Counted from the first letter of the stretch, positions 13,601 through 26,411 are shown. The stretch: DNA of 64,000 bases from Klebsormidium nitens (GCA_000708835.1 DF237045.1:145820-209819); one strand, 5' to 3'. The notes: a model not told the origin generated them from the sequence alone. Made by a program: numbers and translations.

Positions 13601-16600
13601 TGATATAACTAATGAGAGAAACTGCGAAGAAATTAAGAAAGGAACGGACAATACACGAAGTTTCGTTACTTGATTTCATCATTCGTTTCAGTCAAGAGAA
13701 AAGTCCTACTAGAACATGATGGCTGCAGTACGAAGGGTCACAAAACACCGGTCCGAAAGAACCGGATCTCGACGACCTTGAGGCGGCAACCCCGTTTCGT
13801 GTCGTTTGCTAGCTAGGAGAATTTGCAGTAATATAAACAACGAGGCTAAAGAAAGCCGGCAGGAATGAATAGACGGACCCTTTTAAGCCTGATAAACAAG
13901 ACGAAGATTGAATCGGCTGAAAGTTGCGGAGATGATTGGTAAGCTTCTATCCATCCAGCGTCCGAACCCCGTTTCTCACCTGATGATGAACAAACCGCCC
14001 GGCGCGAGAACCCTCCGGACGTCCGCCAGAAAGTCTCCAAGTCGTTCCTGGGGCAAATGGTGCAGCCCCATCATGACCGTTACCAGGTCCACGCTGCCCG
14101 GCGGTAACGGTAGCTCCGGACACGTTTGATAGTCATACGCCATGCGCTCGCCCACCGGCCACGGGCGTCCGCGCTCCAGGGCGTCCGCGGGGAAGCGCGC
14201 GCGGTCGTGCGCGACGCACGCGCGGCCGCGCATGCCGAGCGCGCGCCGGAGGCCGACGACGTGGCGGCCGGCGTCGCCCAGGGTTAGCAGGGTTTGGAGG
14301 CGGCCGCCGAAGCCGAGGAGGGAGACGCACGTGGCCATCTGAAAGAGAAGAAAGCGAAGTCGATGAGGAATCCGCAATTCTTGCTAATTCTTCAACGTAC
14401 TACTTTCCGGAGAAGTATCGTTTGTCCGTCCTTTTCGTTGATCCCTTCGCCCTCCCCTTTGTCATTGGTCTCAACGCTTCAAGCACTGAGAAGACGTCTT
14501 TCGGGCAACCGGGAAGAGTCCATTCTACGTAGCGCTGGCCAAAATTAGTTTGGGCGATTCGAATTAGTTTGGGCGAATCGAACTGTCGCTAACGACAAAC
14601 AGATTTGCTTCCTCCGGTTGCCTCTCTCCGTCGAAGGTGCAAAGCTAAGATACTCCCTCGACGCACTCTCAACAACGTAGTCTACGCCCTTGCGTAACAA
14701 CTCTGGCATGTCAATGCCAAGAGGGCTCCTTTCCCACATGAGACCCTTCTGTCATGATTCTGAAGAGCTTTGAAGTGACAATCGTACTCAATTGAAGTCT
14801 GGAAGGTTAAAGAAAAAAGCGACCGCACCGAGGATGGAGTATCGATTGATAAGGCACCTCCGGCACGCGTCAGCGAGATTGGTGCGCATAGCCGATGCTT
14901 CGTTTTGGTGATTGTCACCGCGGATAAAACCGGACGCCCAAAATTGGCGCCAAAGCCGTCCGAGAAGAATTACTCCTGCTTCACACTATCAACACAATTG
15001 ACGCATTCGGGCAGCTTTGTGAAGTGTGAGGCGAAATACTCAAAAACACTGTCATACAAGCGCATGTCTAGCAAAAGAGAACGGATACTACAAAGCCCAG
15101 TTAAAGCGAAGGAACAAAGAAGCAAGTACCTGCTCCACGAGGTCGGCCTTTTGCAGGATCAGTTGCTTCAGCGTCAGCAGCTGCGACCCAAACTTGTGCA
15201 TCGGATGCCGCTCGTCTAGGATCCGCTGCAAGTCCGCGAAGACCTAGACGGAACCGGAATCAGACACGTGTCAGAGTAGCCGCCCGACAAGCTTACAAGT
15301 GCGTCTCTAGAAGAGTGAGGTCGTCAACTATAGCTTCTGACTTCATGAAGAGAATCGATGTGATCGGGAAATCAAGACATTTTTCTAGCATGACTATGAG
15401 TAGAAACCGGTCGTTTCAGTACATGGGTACGTTCAAGCAAAAGAATCTTGGACGGAGCAGATATAGAACATATCAGAACGCGGCTTTCCATCATGAAAGC
15501 TCTGTAGAACAGCGGGTCTTGCTTACTGTGGAAAGCTATGTCCTTCTTACCTGGCTGTCGTCCTTGTCGTGCGGACCCATAGCCGCTTGGCACACGTACG
15601 AATACATCGCGTCCGGGCTCTCCACGTGGAACACGTGGCGCAGGAACAGCTGCAGGCGCGCGCGCAGCGCGTCGCTCGCGAGCACCGCCCGGTACGAGTT
15701 CGTCCGGTGCTCGGACACCGTTTCGATCGGGACCGAGGGATCCCCCCGGGCGCAACTAGGGGCGGCAGAAAAGTCGCCGGAAGAAGGCGCGGATAAAGAT
15801 GGGCAGCTCCGAGTCTGCGTCGAGCTATCGGTGTTACCTAAGTGATTGGTGACACCGACTATGTTGCTGACGTCAATACAATTGGGCAGGACGGAAGTTG
15901 GTGACGTGGCCTGGCGGGCGACGCTGACGTACTCCTTGCCGTATGTGGTGAACCTGTAAAGACCGGAAGAGTCAATTTTGGCTCTCTTGTGTTCAGGTTG
16001 ATTTTTGCTGACCAAGGAACAATCTCAGAGCACTCGAAGAACAGCAAACGTATGCCAGTAACAAGGAAACAATACACGTGTCTTAGGGCAAATCTTAGAA
16101 ATTCAGTTGGGCTTGAGTCCGATGGAGCCGACGGAGTCCGAGGGGATGATATCAGTCTAAAAGCTCGTTCATCTTGTCCACGGACTGCCGCAAGAAACGC
16201 AGGGATACCATACTGAGTACGTTGCAAGGAAAGAACTTCTCACTTTAAGGCTTCAGGCACAGAAAGAATCCCGCAGAGCATGAGTACTTAAAGTTGTTGC
16301 AACAGCCCATGTGCTCAAAGACTTGTGCACAATACGAAAGAGCCCATAAAGATTTGTATTAAAAGGATCTCAACAGCCGACTCAAACGAGGGGCAAAGGT
16401 ATCCACTCAACGACCGGGTCACCCCCAGCTCCCTTGATAGGTGACGGGACGAAGTACTGGTTTTGATACAACTTAACTTCTTCCATAGAAAGGAAAACGA
16501 AGGCAGTCGAGGGAAGCCTTACCAGACGTTGGAGAAGATGTTGTCCGGATCGTACTTGGCCTTGAGCCGGAAGAACTCGCCGATGTTGGGGTACGCTGTC

Positions 16601-19600
16601 CGCAGCTCCTCGGGCGAGTAGTGCGGACGGTACGGCAGGTAGAAGGTGCCTGAACCCGAAATTGGGCTTAGGGTTCCGTCTTTTTTGACAAAGCGATGAA
16701 CGTTTCCAAACTTTTTCTCTCGGTTCCAACAAAATCAGGTGCCACACCTTACGAACTCCAGAGGTCGTCCGTCGTGAGAGACTTTCCAGCTCCCAAAGGG
16801 AAGACGAGAGAACCCTTTTCGAGCACCCCCAACTCGCACTTACGCAACTCAGTAGGTGCGAGATTGACGGAATTCGACGTTATATGACACTCTCCGCCTT
16901 TTGTGGTGGCTATCGAGCACTCCGTTGAAAACAACATCTTGGGTGGAGGTGAAGGGGCCCGAGCTTTTGACAAGCATCGTAACCCACGGATGGCTAGAAT
17001 AACTAGGCACAAAGAAAAAGAAAGCGAAGAATAGACAAGTGTGTCGTGACCGGATACCCACCTCCGAGGCGCAGCGCAGTCTATCAATGTGAACAAAAGC
17101 CTTTTTGCTTGGATCTTGCGTCATCCCTCCGACGCTCGAGTGAGATCTCAGCACCACACTCTTCTAGGTCCTCAAACGAGGAAGCTTCAAAGAAGACAGT
17201 AGCCTTTTGGGAAGGAATGGCTAGAAGCGAGACGAGCCCTGTCCGGGAACCCACCCTCGAGGCGCAGCGTGGCGTCCACGAGTGCCCGGTGGACTGCCCC
17301 GAGCGCCGCGTCTCCCTCCGGCGTGCACGGGAGGCGGAAGTAGAGCACGAACGCGAAGCTGGGGCAGCGGGCGTAGCGCAGGAATGTGGTGGTATCGGGT
17401 TGGAGATACCTGGGGAGATAGAAGGAGTCAGATTAGGAGCCCACAAAGAGCACTCATGCATCAAAGAATAGAGCACGAAGGCGAAGCTGGGGAACCGGGT
17501 GTAGAAGGAACGTCGTGATATCGGGTTGGAGATACCTGCCGGAGATATAAGATTGCCGCAGGAGCCAAGAAAGAGCACTCATTGGAAAGTTTAGAGCACG
17601 AAAGCGAAGCTGGGGAACCGGGCGTGGCGCACAAACGTCGTGGTATTGGCTTGAGGATACCTGCCGGAGATATAAGATTAACGCAGGAGCCAAGAAAGAG
17701 CACTCATTGGAAAGTGTAGAGCACAAAAGCGAAGCTGGGGCACCGAGCGTAACGCAGGAATGTGGTGGTCTTTGATTGGACTTGCCTAAAGGGCCAAGAT
17801 GGGGGATGCGATGTGTCTTTCTTCGTTGTTTTTGTTGTTTGTCTTGTATCTGAGCCGCTGCGCACATTGTGGGCCGCGATCATGCGGTAGAAGAGATGAG
17901 CTTTAGAGATTGAGGACTACAAACGCCAAGGAAGAAGTTGGTGCATAGAATGAGCAAATTTGGAGGGATGCTAAGGGGGCGGCGGGACTTTGACTGGAGA
18001 CATCATGGGAGCAGAGCCCCGGAACTGAGAAAGAGACTTTCAGGGCGCGAACTTCGAACCGTGAAAGATTCCATCATCTTCGAATGAAGCGCTGGGAAAG
18101 TTCTCAAAGGTACGACTAAGGCATCTCGCAAAAGGAGGACCTATTTTGAACGTTGAGTGTCTCCTCTTCTCCTACTCAGATAATTTTTGACAAGCTTTGA
18201 TGCAAATAACCTCTGGTCAACAAGCCTTCCGACCTACCTGTTGCACAACGAGAGAGTTTGTAATACTCACAAATCAGAAAATGTCGAAAACGAACGTCTT
18301 CTGTGTACTTTCGCATGAAGCGAGATGCTTGCCTGATGGTGATGTTGAGCAGCTTGATATCGCAGTGTGCGTCGCTCAGAATGCCCGTCGCGGCCTCCAT
18401 CCAGTCGGCGAATCGATGGTGCGGGACGAAGTATTCCTGGAAGGCAGGTTTGCAACTCTCAGATGCTGAACGGCTGACCCGATTTGCTACAGATACCGTT
18501 AAATTGACTTGAGAAGAGGCGAATAAGAGGCGCGCAGAATTGGAGCAGTACTAAGGTGAGTCAAAGGGCTGAAACCATCTCCGTCATGTTGCTCGTTGCT
18601 TGCAGCGTCAATTTCATTGAGAGCCCCAGGACGCCGAGTAATTCCCAATGACGAGACTCCTGCCAAGCCAAAGCTGTTCAGTTTATCAAACGAAGTTACG
18701 ACAACCCCTCTTATGTAAGTACCCGCAGCAATAATGGTAAAAGCTGTCCACGAAAGCAAAGGAAATTTTTCCTTCCTGGACGATTGCGGTTACCAGCATG
18801 GTTACGAGTACGGTTCCGAGCATGGTTACGAGCATGACTACGAGCACGGATACGAGCATATTTACGAGCACGGTTACGAGAACGAATACGACCATGGTTA
18901 CGAGCATTGTTAGAACTTAACCTTTCCACTTTACCTGAAGAACGTGCGTCTGGTTGAGCCGCACGAGGGGCGCCACGAGGTGCGCGAGCGGGTACGCGCT
19001 CTCGTACAGGATGCAGTTCCGGTCGACCTCCCGCTGCCAGTCGAGCGGAACGCGGAGCAGCCGCTCCAAGGAGAAGCGGAGCTGCGGGGGAAGCAGGCAC
19101 GTGGGTCGTTGACGTCAGCTGACGTCGTTTCATGGACGCGGGTCTCCGCTGCGACCGCAGCACAGGAACGACAGTACATCTATCGAGGATAACACCCCAC
19201 GACCTTAACCTCTCCTTACCAAGATCGAAAACCCACATTCATCACGTAACAGACGGTGACAAACCCACTTTACCGTGACTAGACACCGAGAGCACCAGAC
19301 TCTTAGTTTTGAGAAACAAAGGAGAGTCCGAACCTTTCATCCCAGGAGCCAAAAACCCGAAAGCTCACGACTCCTGCGTGATGCCCACCTTTTGGACGAT
19401 CCTGAGCGGCAAGAGCCACTTGTAGATAAGAGCGCCGGCAGGGCTCATCTGGCGGGGCCCCTCCGGAAGGTCACTAACCGTCGGCTGGCCCTGCGAAACC
19501 AAAACCTTAACCTTAAGTACAGCTTTTCCGTCGAGCTCGCCACCCTATGATCTTTCAGAAATCAGGTTATGGTGCGCAGTCCGATGCCTTGCCGTCGTCC

Positions 19601-22600
19601 AATTGAATGATTCGAGATGATGACTCATGCTCCGACAATCTGGGAAATGATGGCAAGTCTACGCAAACAGCTGTATCCAACTTCTGAAACACTGAAACCC
19701 GGAAAGTCTACAGGTTCTTTGAATGCAACTCGTGAACTTTGCATTTCGTTTGGCTGCTAGAGGCCCGGCAGCAGCGGCGAGACATTGGAATCGGCAACCG
19801 AGGAAGCACTCAAAGAAATTTGACTAACTCAAGTTTAGGACATCTAAGCACAGCGTAGTTCCACGTGCTGACGTCAAGAGCGATCGATCGATCAAGCAGC
19901 CTGCTCGAGCAGGCTGCTTGCACAGATGCTCTTGGATCCAGAGAAAGTTCGACACTCGTGAGGCAGGACCAGAAAGAGAAACACCCCGCTGGAGACTCAT
20001 GATAGCTTACGTGGGAATTTTGCACGGTCAAGTAAGCCGTTCTGCCCCAAGAACTCTACAAAACTGTGCCAGATGAAGTGCAGACACCTCAGCGTTTACG
20101 CCTCATCATTCTTGGAGCCTGAACAAAGCGCGGGAACGCTGGACGAGAATGCTTTACCTTGTTGGAGCGCCTCGAGGTGTAGAGCGAGATCCGGTCGAAC
20201 TTGTGCCACGTCAGCTCGACGCGCGCCAGTTTCATCTCCACCGCCGGGTCCGTCAGCAGAGGCCTGCAAAATGCAGCAAATTTTCAGCAGAAAATCTACG
20301 GAAACCTACTTGACATAAAGTTTAGGAGTTCGAACTCCTCTCGTCGCCGCTCAACAAAATCTTCGCAGTCCGCTGGGCGACCACCTGGCGGAATCACTCA
20401 ATCTATGTCGCCGTTTCGTGCCCCAATCCGTGCTTCCTTAAAAACTGCTGCCAAAGTGAGGGAATTTTGCCTCACAGACATTGAAGAAGGTTCAAGGGGT
20501 CAATCGTGCAAGGTACACAACACGAGGGATGCTGACTTCACAGGTTATACTGAAATACTGGCAAGCAAAATGCCCCTGACGTCATGCTCACGTGTACGCG
20601 TCGACGAACCGGTGCCGATCCAACGTGAGAGACTCCAGCGCGGTCTTCACGTTCGGCACTACGCGCAGCGTCACCTCCGTCAGCACGCCAAACAGACCGT
20701 AGCCGCCGATCACCTGCGGAAATGGACGGTCCCGATGCTTCTGGATTGACATTGACGGTCGTTGTGTGAGTATAAGGGAGAAAGGATTGAACGACGGCAT
20801 GGAGTTGAGAGGAAAAGGATGGAGAAAGCTGGACGTTTCGGACGCTTTTAAGGACTGCTCTTTGGCCTGAAAGGGTGTATTCTGCTCGGAAGGCCAGATG
20901 AAAATGTGCGGGGATGTGAGAATGTTGGCAAAAGGCCAGCGTCTTCAAGGTGAGGAAAGTGGAGGGGAAACCAGTACGTAGGCGGAATTCGCGCAAACAA
21001 GTGTGCCGATGCTTCGCAATGAGTCAGATAAGCGGGCACCTGTTTGCACTTAGAGCAACTGGATTTCCGTGAACGCCTGCGCACTTTGTCGAACGAGACG
21101 TTGCTTGTAGAGTCAGCTTCTGCCAGAAAGAACTGATTAGCGCTTGGTGAAGCGCTCTCCTTCATCATGGCCACGAAAACCCTGACCAATCCAGCGACGC
21201 TGGCAAAGACTCCCCTAAATCCTTCCTGAGAGGGGAGGACCCTCCTGACAAAAAGCTCACCGGAGACAAAGGTCGCTCAGTCGCTTCTTAAGTGTCCCTT
21301 TTTCAAGTGTCCCTCACCAGCGACCCGAGTCAACTAGGTTATCGGATAACCAGTGTCGTTAAAAGGTCAAACCCGGTGCAAAAAAGTGCGACTTACCAGG
21401 AGAGCTTGGCCCAGTTGTGAGGAAAAGGGGTCGGCGTTTTGGTCATAACACACGCTTTTCAAGGAAAAAGGCTTGGCGATTACGTCCCCGTTGCGACGTG
21501 CTAGAGAAAGAGGTCGGCGTCTAGGTGCCGGTCACTGCTGATCAGCAAGGGAAAAGAGTCGGCAAATGCTTCCCGGTTGCGGCTTACTAGGAGAATGTGG
21601 CTAGGATTTTTCGTCCGGGTTGCATTTTGGTAGGAAGAAGAACCCCGGTTTATTGTCCCGGTTGCGACTTACCAGGGAGAACAGCTCGGCGTTCTCGTCC
21701 CGACAACAATTGACCACGTGTCCGTTTGCGTCGACGAGCCGCAGCCGCAGAACGGCCTCGTGCATGGCGCAGTCCGCCGTGATGCCGTGCGCATTCACAC
21801 TGATGCTCCCACCCACGGAGAAGGAGCAGTAGGACTGCGAGGTGAACGGGCTCGTCAGGCACAAGCCGCCGAGAAGATGATCAATGAAACTCGTGTGTTA
21901 ATGGAAATCAAAATGTAGTGAGACGAGCGATCCGATGACATTTGGCAATAAAGTTTTGATATATACAAGAGGCCGATGCTCCATATGTGTACACATCAAG
22001 TTTTCGGACTCCAAATTATCCTCACCACGCAGCAAACCAAACCCTCCATTGTAAGGTATGCTGACTTACATCACAGGAGTGAGGGACTTGGGGTGTTCTC
22101 AATCTAACCAGATCAACCAACGAAGCAACACCCACAAGTTACCTGCATGATCATTGGCGACACTCCAAAGTCGTTGAGGTACTTGATAAGGTCGCCCCAA
22201 GTCGCGCCCGGGCCAACTGACACCGTCTGCGAGGCCGGGTCGTAGCGCATGCTGTTGAGGTACTTGGTGTCAATCAGGAAGCCGCCCGGCGCCAAGATGT
22301 GACCGCCCATCGTGTGGGACTGGCCCCGCATGGAAACCTGGGGACGTTGCGTTTCTGTGTTAGGTGCTAAACTGGAAAGGGATGTATCTTACTGATCGGC
22401 GAAAAAAGAATTGCCAGAGAATGGTGGTCGACACAAGCGCGTGAACGTGCAAAGTTGGTGGAAAGAAGAAGCAGATCTGTCCATCTTCTCAAGATCAAAT
22501 TGAACCTGCACTTTGGTAAGAAACTGCGGTGGAAAACGGCTGAATCAATGGAACACTGAGCAGAATAAAAGAAAGGTGCTTTCGGTCCAAACAACGTCCT

Positions 22601-24338
22601 TGGGACTAAAGCAAACTTCTTTCAGAGCAGCTCTTTAGATGCCTCCCGACTCTGAAATCACTCAAACGAACAACATTTGGTTCTCTACCTATGAATTGGC
22701 GAAGCTGAGCCAGCCATAGAACCGAATGGCAATAGGGACAGATCTGAAACCTAAGTAGAGCCGAACAAGTACAGATGAAAGAGTGTCATGAAACTTAAGT
22801 CTCTAGTTGAACAGTCATCCGCCACAAAACCGCACAGGTTGGATATCACATTCAGCTCATAAGCTCCACAGCAGGGCTCAAATCAACACCACTTATCCCT
22901 AGACCCTTTGCTTGAACAGTGGCTGTCAAGTCCGAGTTAGTGTCATGTCAGATTCAGATCAACTGCCATCTCGTTTGACGGCTCTCACCTGACAGCCCTT
23001 GAGCTGGGCGGCCCGCACCACCGCTCGCACGTCCTCCTCCGACGCCACCATGAACACCCGCTCCACCTCACACTCGTTCATCTGAGTGACGTCATCCACC
23101 AAGACCCCGTCCCCTCCCCCTCCCTTCGACGCCTTCCGCCGAAGTCTTTTTGCCGTCAAGGTAACTAAAGTGATTGTAGCCAGCCCTAGCGTCGGTTTCG
23201 AGTAGAATATTGCTTTCAAGGGAGGGAGGTGTGTGATCAAGTGCCCGGTAGAGTACCCCAGGCGCAGAATCCAGTGAAGCCCGATGCCCAGAACCACAAA
23301 CCGGGGGATCAGAATCTTTGCCCCAAGCGCCCAGCGAAAGAAGCGCCCAACAGGCCTGGCAACTAGGTTGAGGGATAGAGACCCCAGCTTAGAGATGGAT
23401 TTCCGGATAGTGGGCTGTTGCGTTCCTAGGAACGTGCACAAAACGAGTCCTGAGGAGAGGATTGGCTGAGCAGCCCACAATTGAGATGCGTCCAAAAGGA
23501 GGCTATTCGCACTGCTAAGGAATGGCGTCAAGGGGTTGAAGGCGGATAGTACATTCGGTGCGATGCCAATTGCCTTTGGAAGGAAGGGAGAGATTTGGCG
23601 GAACAGGTGGGAACCGATTGGGGCAGCTGCCAAAAGCAAAGGGATCGCTGGCAATTGCACCGGCGGGCGCCTCTTTCTAAACAACCGCACAAACAGCTGG
23701 CGGCCAATGTGGAAAAGCTGGAGAAACAGTCCGCTGATGCTGCGCCAGGCAGGGGGAAGGATCCTCGTCGCCACAAAGCGCCCCAGTCTAGTTAGCCCGA
23801 TGAGAGCGAGTGCCAGCGCTAAGGCGGCAATCACTGGGTGGTATGAACAAAACCGCTGCGGTGCGCCAGTGAGAATGCGCTCCATTGTGGCAGAGGTGAC
23901 TTGGCGGTAGCGGGAGAGAGGGGCTCCAATGATGCCAGCTGGCAGTCTTTCCAGAGCTGAACAAATACGCAGCGGTTGTGCTTTTGAGCTGTGGCGAGCT
24001 GGGATTGCAGGAGACAGAGGCTGATTGACTGTTCTTCCGAATGAACGTCTGGAGCGAGAGAAGGGGTGCGAGAGTGAAGAGCTATAAGAAACAAAATGCA
24101 CGCCCCTTCTTGGGTCTGACGTTTTGCCTGGTGCATTGGCTGATGTTCTCTGCAGGGCAGATCTGGGTGGGGTGCGAGGAGTTGGCCTGCGCTTGAGCTT
24201 GGCCCACACGCTTTTCAAGTCCCTCTCGCATTCTGAGACGTTGCTTCTCCGCAGCGCTTGTTCTGAACAAGACAAGAACCCGGCCATCGTCTGGTTCCCA
24301 GTAAGACTCAGAGGCAGGAGCAGGCTGAGGTCCTCCAT
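10667..24338 (-). CDS. Large multidomain protein: hydrophobic N-terminal extension + FAD-linked oxidase (VAO/PCMH type) + class I SAM methyltransferase-like domain + LPEW domain + TM + C-terminal domain
   Basis: About 16 phase-compatible exons. FAD motifs: SMRGQSHTMGGH, VGPGATWGD, SVGGSISVNAHG, IGGYGLFGVLTEVTL, VLQEYFVP, LLNITIRY, GTFYLPY..KAKYDPDNIFSN. MTase-like: DLVTVMMGLHHL..DVRRVLAPGGLFIIREHD. Then FFRLPEWMLV..FPFMRHVALYW. One acceptor (12074-12075) reads GG instead of AG. Confidence 0.88.
17340..17770. repeat. Tandem array of ~125-bp units, each carrying a 3' splice site and the first ~70 nt of the 17255-17409 exon
   Basis: (G/T)AGAGCAC(G/A)AA..GCGAAGCTGGGG recurs near 17341, 17469, 17592 and 17717 (spacing 123-128 bp). 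Confidence 0.9.
18789..18911. repeat. 12-bp minisatellite (ACGAGCATGGTT-like), ~10 units, intronic
   Basis: accagcatggtt acgagtacggtt ccgagcatggtt acgagcatgact acgagcacggat ... read directly from the sequence. Confidence 0.9.
21385..21680. repeat. Repeated degenerate copies of the exon-3 donor region (CCTG|GTAAGTCGCAACCGGG on the minus strand)
   Basis: Real site cccggttgcgacttaccagg at 21657-21676. Variants near 21574 (cccggttgcggcttactagg), 21488 (cccgttgcgacgtgctag) and 21387 (tgcgacttaccagg). Confidence 0.7.
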
Positions 24339-26029
24339 GCTGATGTCGCTTGAGGGAGTTCTCTTGCAGGATACGCTCCTCCTCACCAGCTAAAGATGAC
24401 GGTGAGCGCGAACTGGCAAGAAAATCTCCTTCAAGTTCAAATGATGACGTCCACTGTAGTCGCTTCGTTGAAAGTGACAGCCGCGGTGGCTTCTCATTGG
24501 CAGCTAGGGAACTGGGGGCGTCATCGAAGCACTCCCTCTCCGGCCCGCGCGAGGTGGCAGGCAGGGTTACGACCGTCGCGCGTTTTCTGTCCTGCAGTGG
24601 AGTCAGGCGGATCGAGTCCTGCCGTCCGAGCGCCGTCTTCTGCGCGAGCTTACGTCACCAAATTTGGACCGCGCGTATTCAAACCTCAAACCGCAAACCA
24701 AGGCGCGACACCTCGGTATCGGCCGGCCGGGCGGGCGCGGGCTACGTGTACGGCCCGCGGGCGGGCGCGCGTCCAAAGGGTCGAGTCCGAGGCAGACGTC
24801 AGTAACAAATCCGCCGTTTGAACGATACAACTGACCATCAAGCGTCAGTGAGAATCGGCCCGATTAGTGGGAAACGTTTTTGGAAGCAACAAAGCAACCT
24901 TGAGAAGCTCGCCTTGGCCGTGATTTCGTCGCGGGCGCTTCTTTGAACCGTGAAAGATGGCGCGCTTCAAACACAGCAGCATTCAGATGGGACTATACCC
25001 AACTCGTTCGAACGTCGGGCGCACAAAGATGTTCAGATGATCGGATTCCCCGACGTTTCATGTACGTTTTAAATCTGTTCTGCAATGAGTTCTGTGATTT
25101 ATGTAATCGTGGTTCAGCTCCTTTTCTATCATTTCATTCAAGACTCCATTTAACGAAGACATCGGCGCAGGACAGCGATAAAGGTACTCTGATCTTTACC
25201 CTGGCAAAGCCTTCCAGTTGTGTAGTACTCGGAGACCAGTGGACATCTACATAGGTTGAACTCATCGAATGAATATGGATTTCTGAAGACTTCGAACCGC
25301 TATCTGCGGACTTGAAATGCAAAATGCTGCCCATATGCCGCCGAACGTTTTGTAACAGAAGACGGATCGCAGCACATTGAACGTAATAGCAAGGGCTGTG
25401 CAGCAATTGCATCCGTTTCTGCCTATTCGGCAACCCCCACAACGCTTAAGCGAATATTGTTCGGGAGAAAAATCCTGCAGTGACTTTGAACACTGTCAAC
25501 GTTACGAACGTCTCGAAATTCCGCTAGATATGATAGTTACATTACAGAATTTGTCCGTAACTACTGGCCGCGTGCCTTCGCTTGATTGAACCATTCAGGG
25601 TACCTCCAGAGCACTAAATGTACATCCCGCGCAAGCAAGAGTCTGTATTGTACACTTCACGGTAAAGATTGTACACTACGGTAAAGATTCGTCATGTCTT
25701 CCAAAAATCGCAAGCAGCGTGCTGTATCTAACAACGGCGCAAAGCAGTACGCCGTTTCCTTGTACCGTCCTCCCACTTCGCATGCAAGAAGCTACTGACT
25801 GCGCGGAAAGAACGACGTGCTGATCTATTAGAGGTGAATTTCAGCTTGCCAAATCCTTGTACCGTCCCTCAATACTCAAATTGCATGCAAGAAGTAATAC
25901 GTATTAGTAATAACTGTCCAAAAAGAATGTCCATAAACTCGATCCCCGCCCACCCACCAAATCGGCTTTCCCAGCGATCCGTTTTCGCCGAACCAAAGTC
26001 AACCTTCCCACGCCCACTTTCCTCAATCC

Positions 26030-26300
26030 GTTCACACTTCCGGCGTCACACCCTTGTGCGCCTTCTCCGGAACGTGAACGAGCGGAACCTTGGGCACCTT
26101 CTCCTCACCGGCCACTCCCAGATTCCGCATCCGTTTACACTTCCGGCGTCACTCCCCTGTGCACCTTCCCCGGAACGTGGGCGAGCGAAACCTTTGACAC
26201 CTTCTCCTCACCAGCCACTCCCAGATTTCGGTTCCGTTACACTTCCGGCGTCACGCCCTTGTGCACCTTCTCCGGAACGTGGGCGAGCGTAACTTTGGGC
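26030..26300. repeat. Three ~102-bp tandem copies of the transporter's last codons and stop
   Basis: acacttccggcgtcac..cttgtgc.ccttc.ccggaacgtg..cgagcg begins near 26035, 26136 and 26239. The right-most copy is the real CDS end (..KVHKGVTPEV*). Confidence 0.9.
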
Positions 26301-26411
26301 GCCTTCTCGTTGTATTGGCGCGCATAGCCCACCAGCCATTCCCAGACGGAAAGGTTCCGCCACTGAACGGCGGGGCCCTGGTACTCACGGCCCTTTCCTT
26401 CCAGGAGCATC

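Noticed and set aside
12597-14548. Plus-strand Arg/Ala-rich ORFs (for example 12700-13395)
   Set aside because: Antisense shadows of GC-rich minus-strand exons; no independent motifs.
14546-14583. Short exact duplications (19-bp aattagtttgggcga; also 25667-25692 and 63534-63553)
   Set aside because: Ordinary slippage products with no evident functional context.
17340-17770. CRISPR-like appearance of the regularly spaced repeats (also 28905-29415)
   Set aside because: Units are contiguous degenerate tandem copies of exon/intron sequence with no unique spacers, no cas genes and a eukaryotic context.
18686-18907. Hydrophobic 73-aa ORF MLVTMVVFVLV...
   Set aside because: It is the translation of the 12-bp intronic minisatellite.
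19390-20263. Suspected frameshift between two oxidase exons
   Set aside because: Re-reading gives AAC AAG|gtaaag, phase 0, which joins cag|GGC CAG correctly.
835-24338. Biosynthetic gene cluster of BCAT plus the oxidase-methyltransferase
   Set aside because: BCAT is a housekeeping enzyme separated by an unrelated E3 ligase; no scaffold-forming enzyme is nearby.
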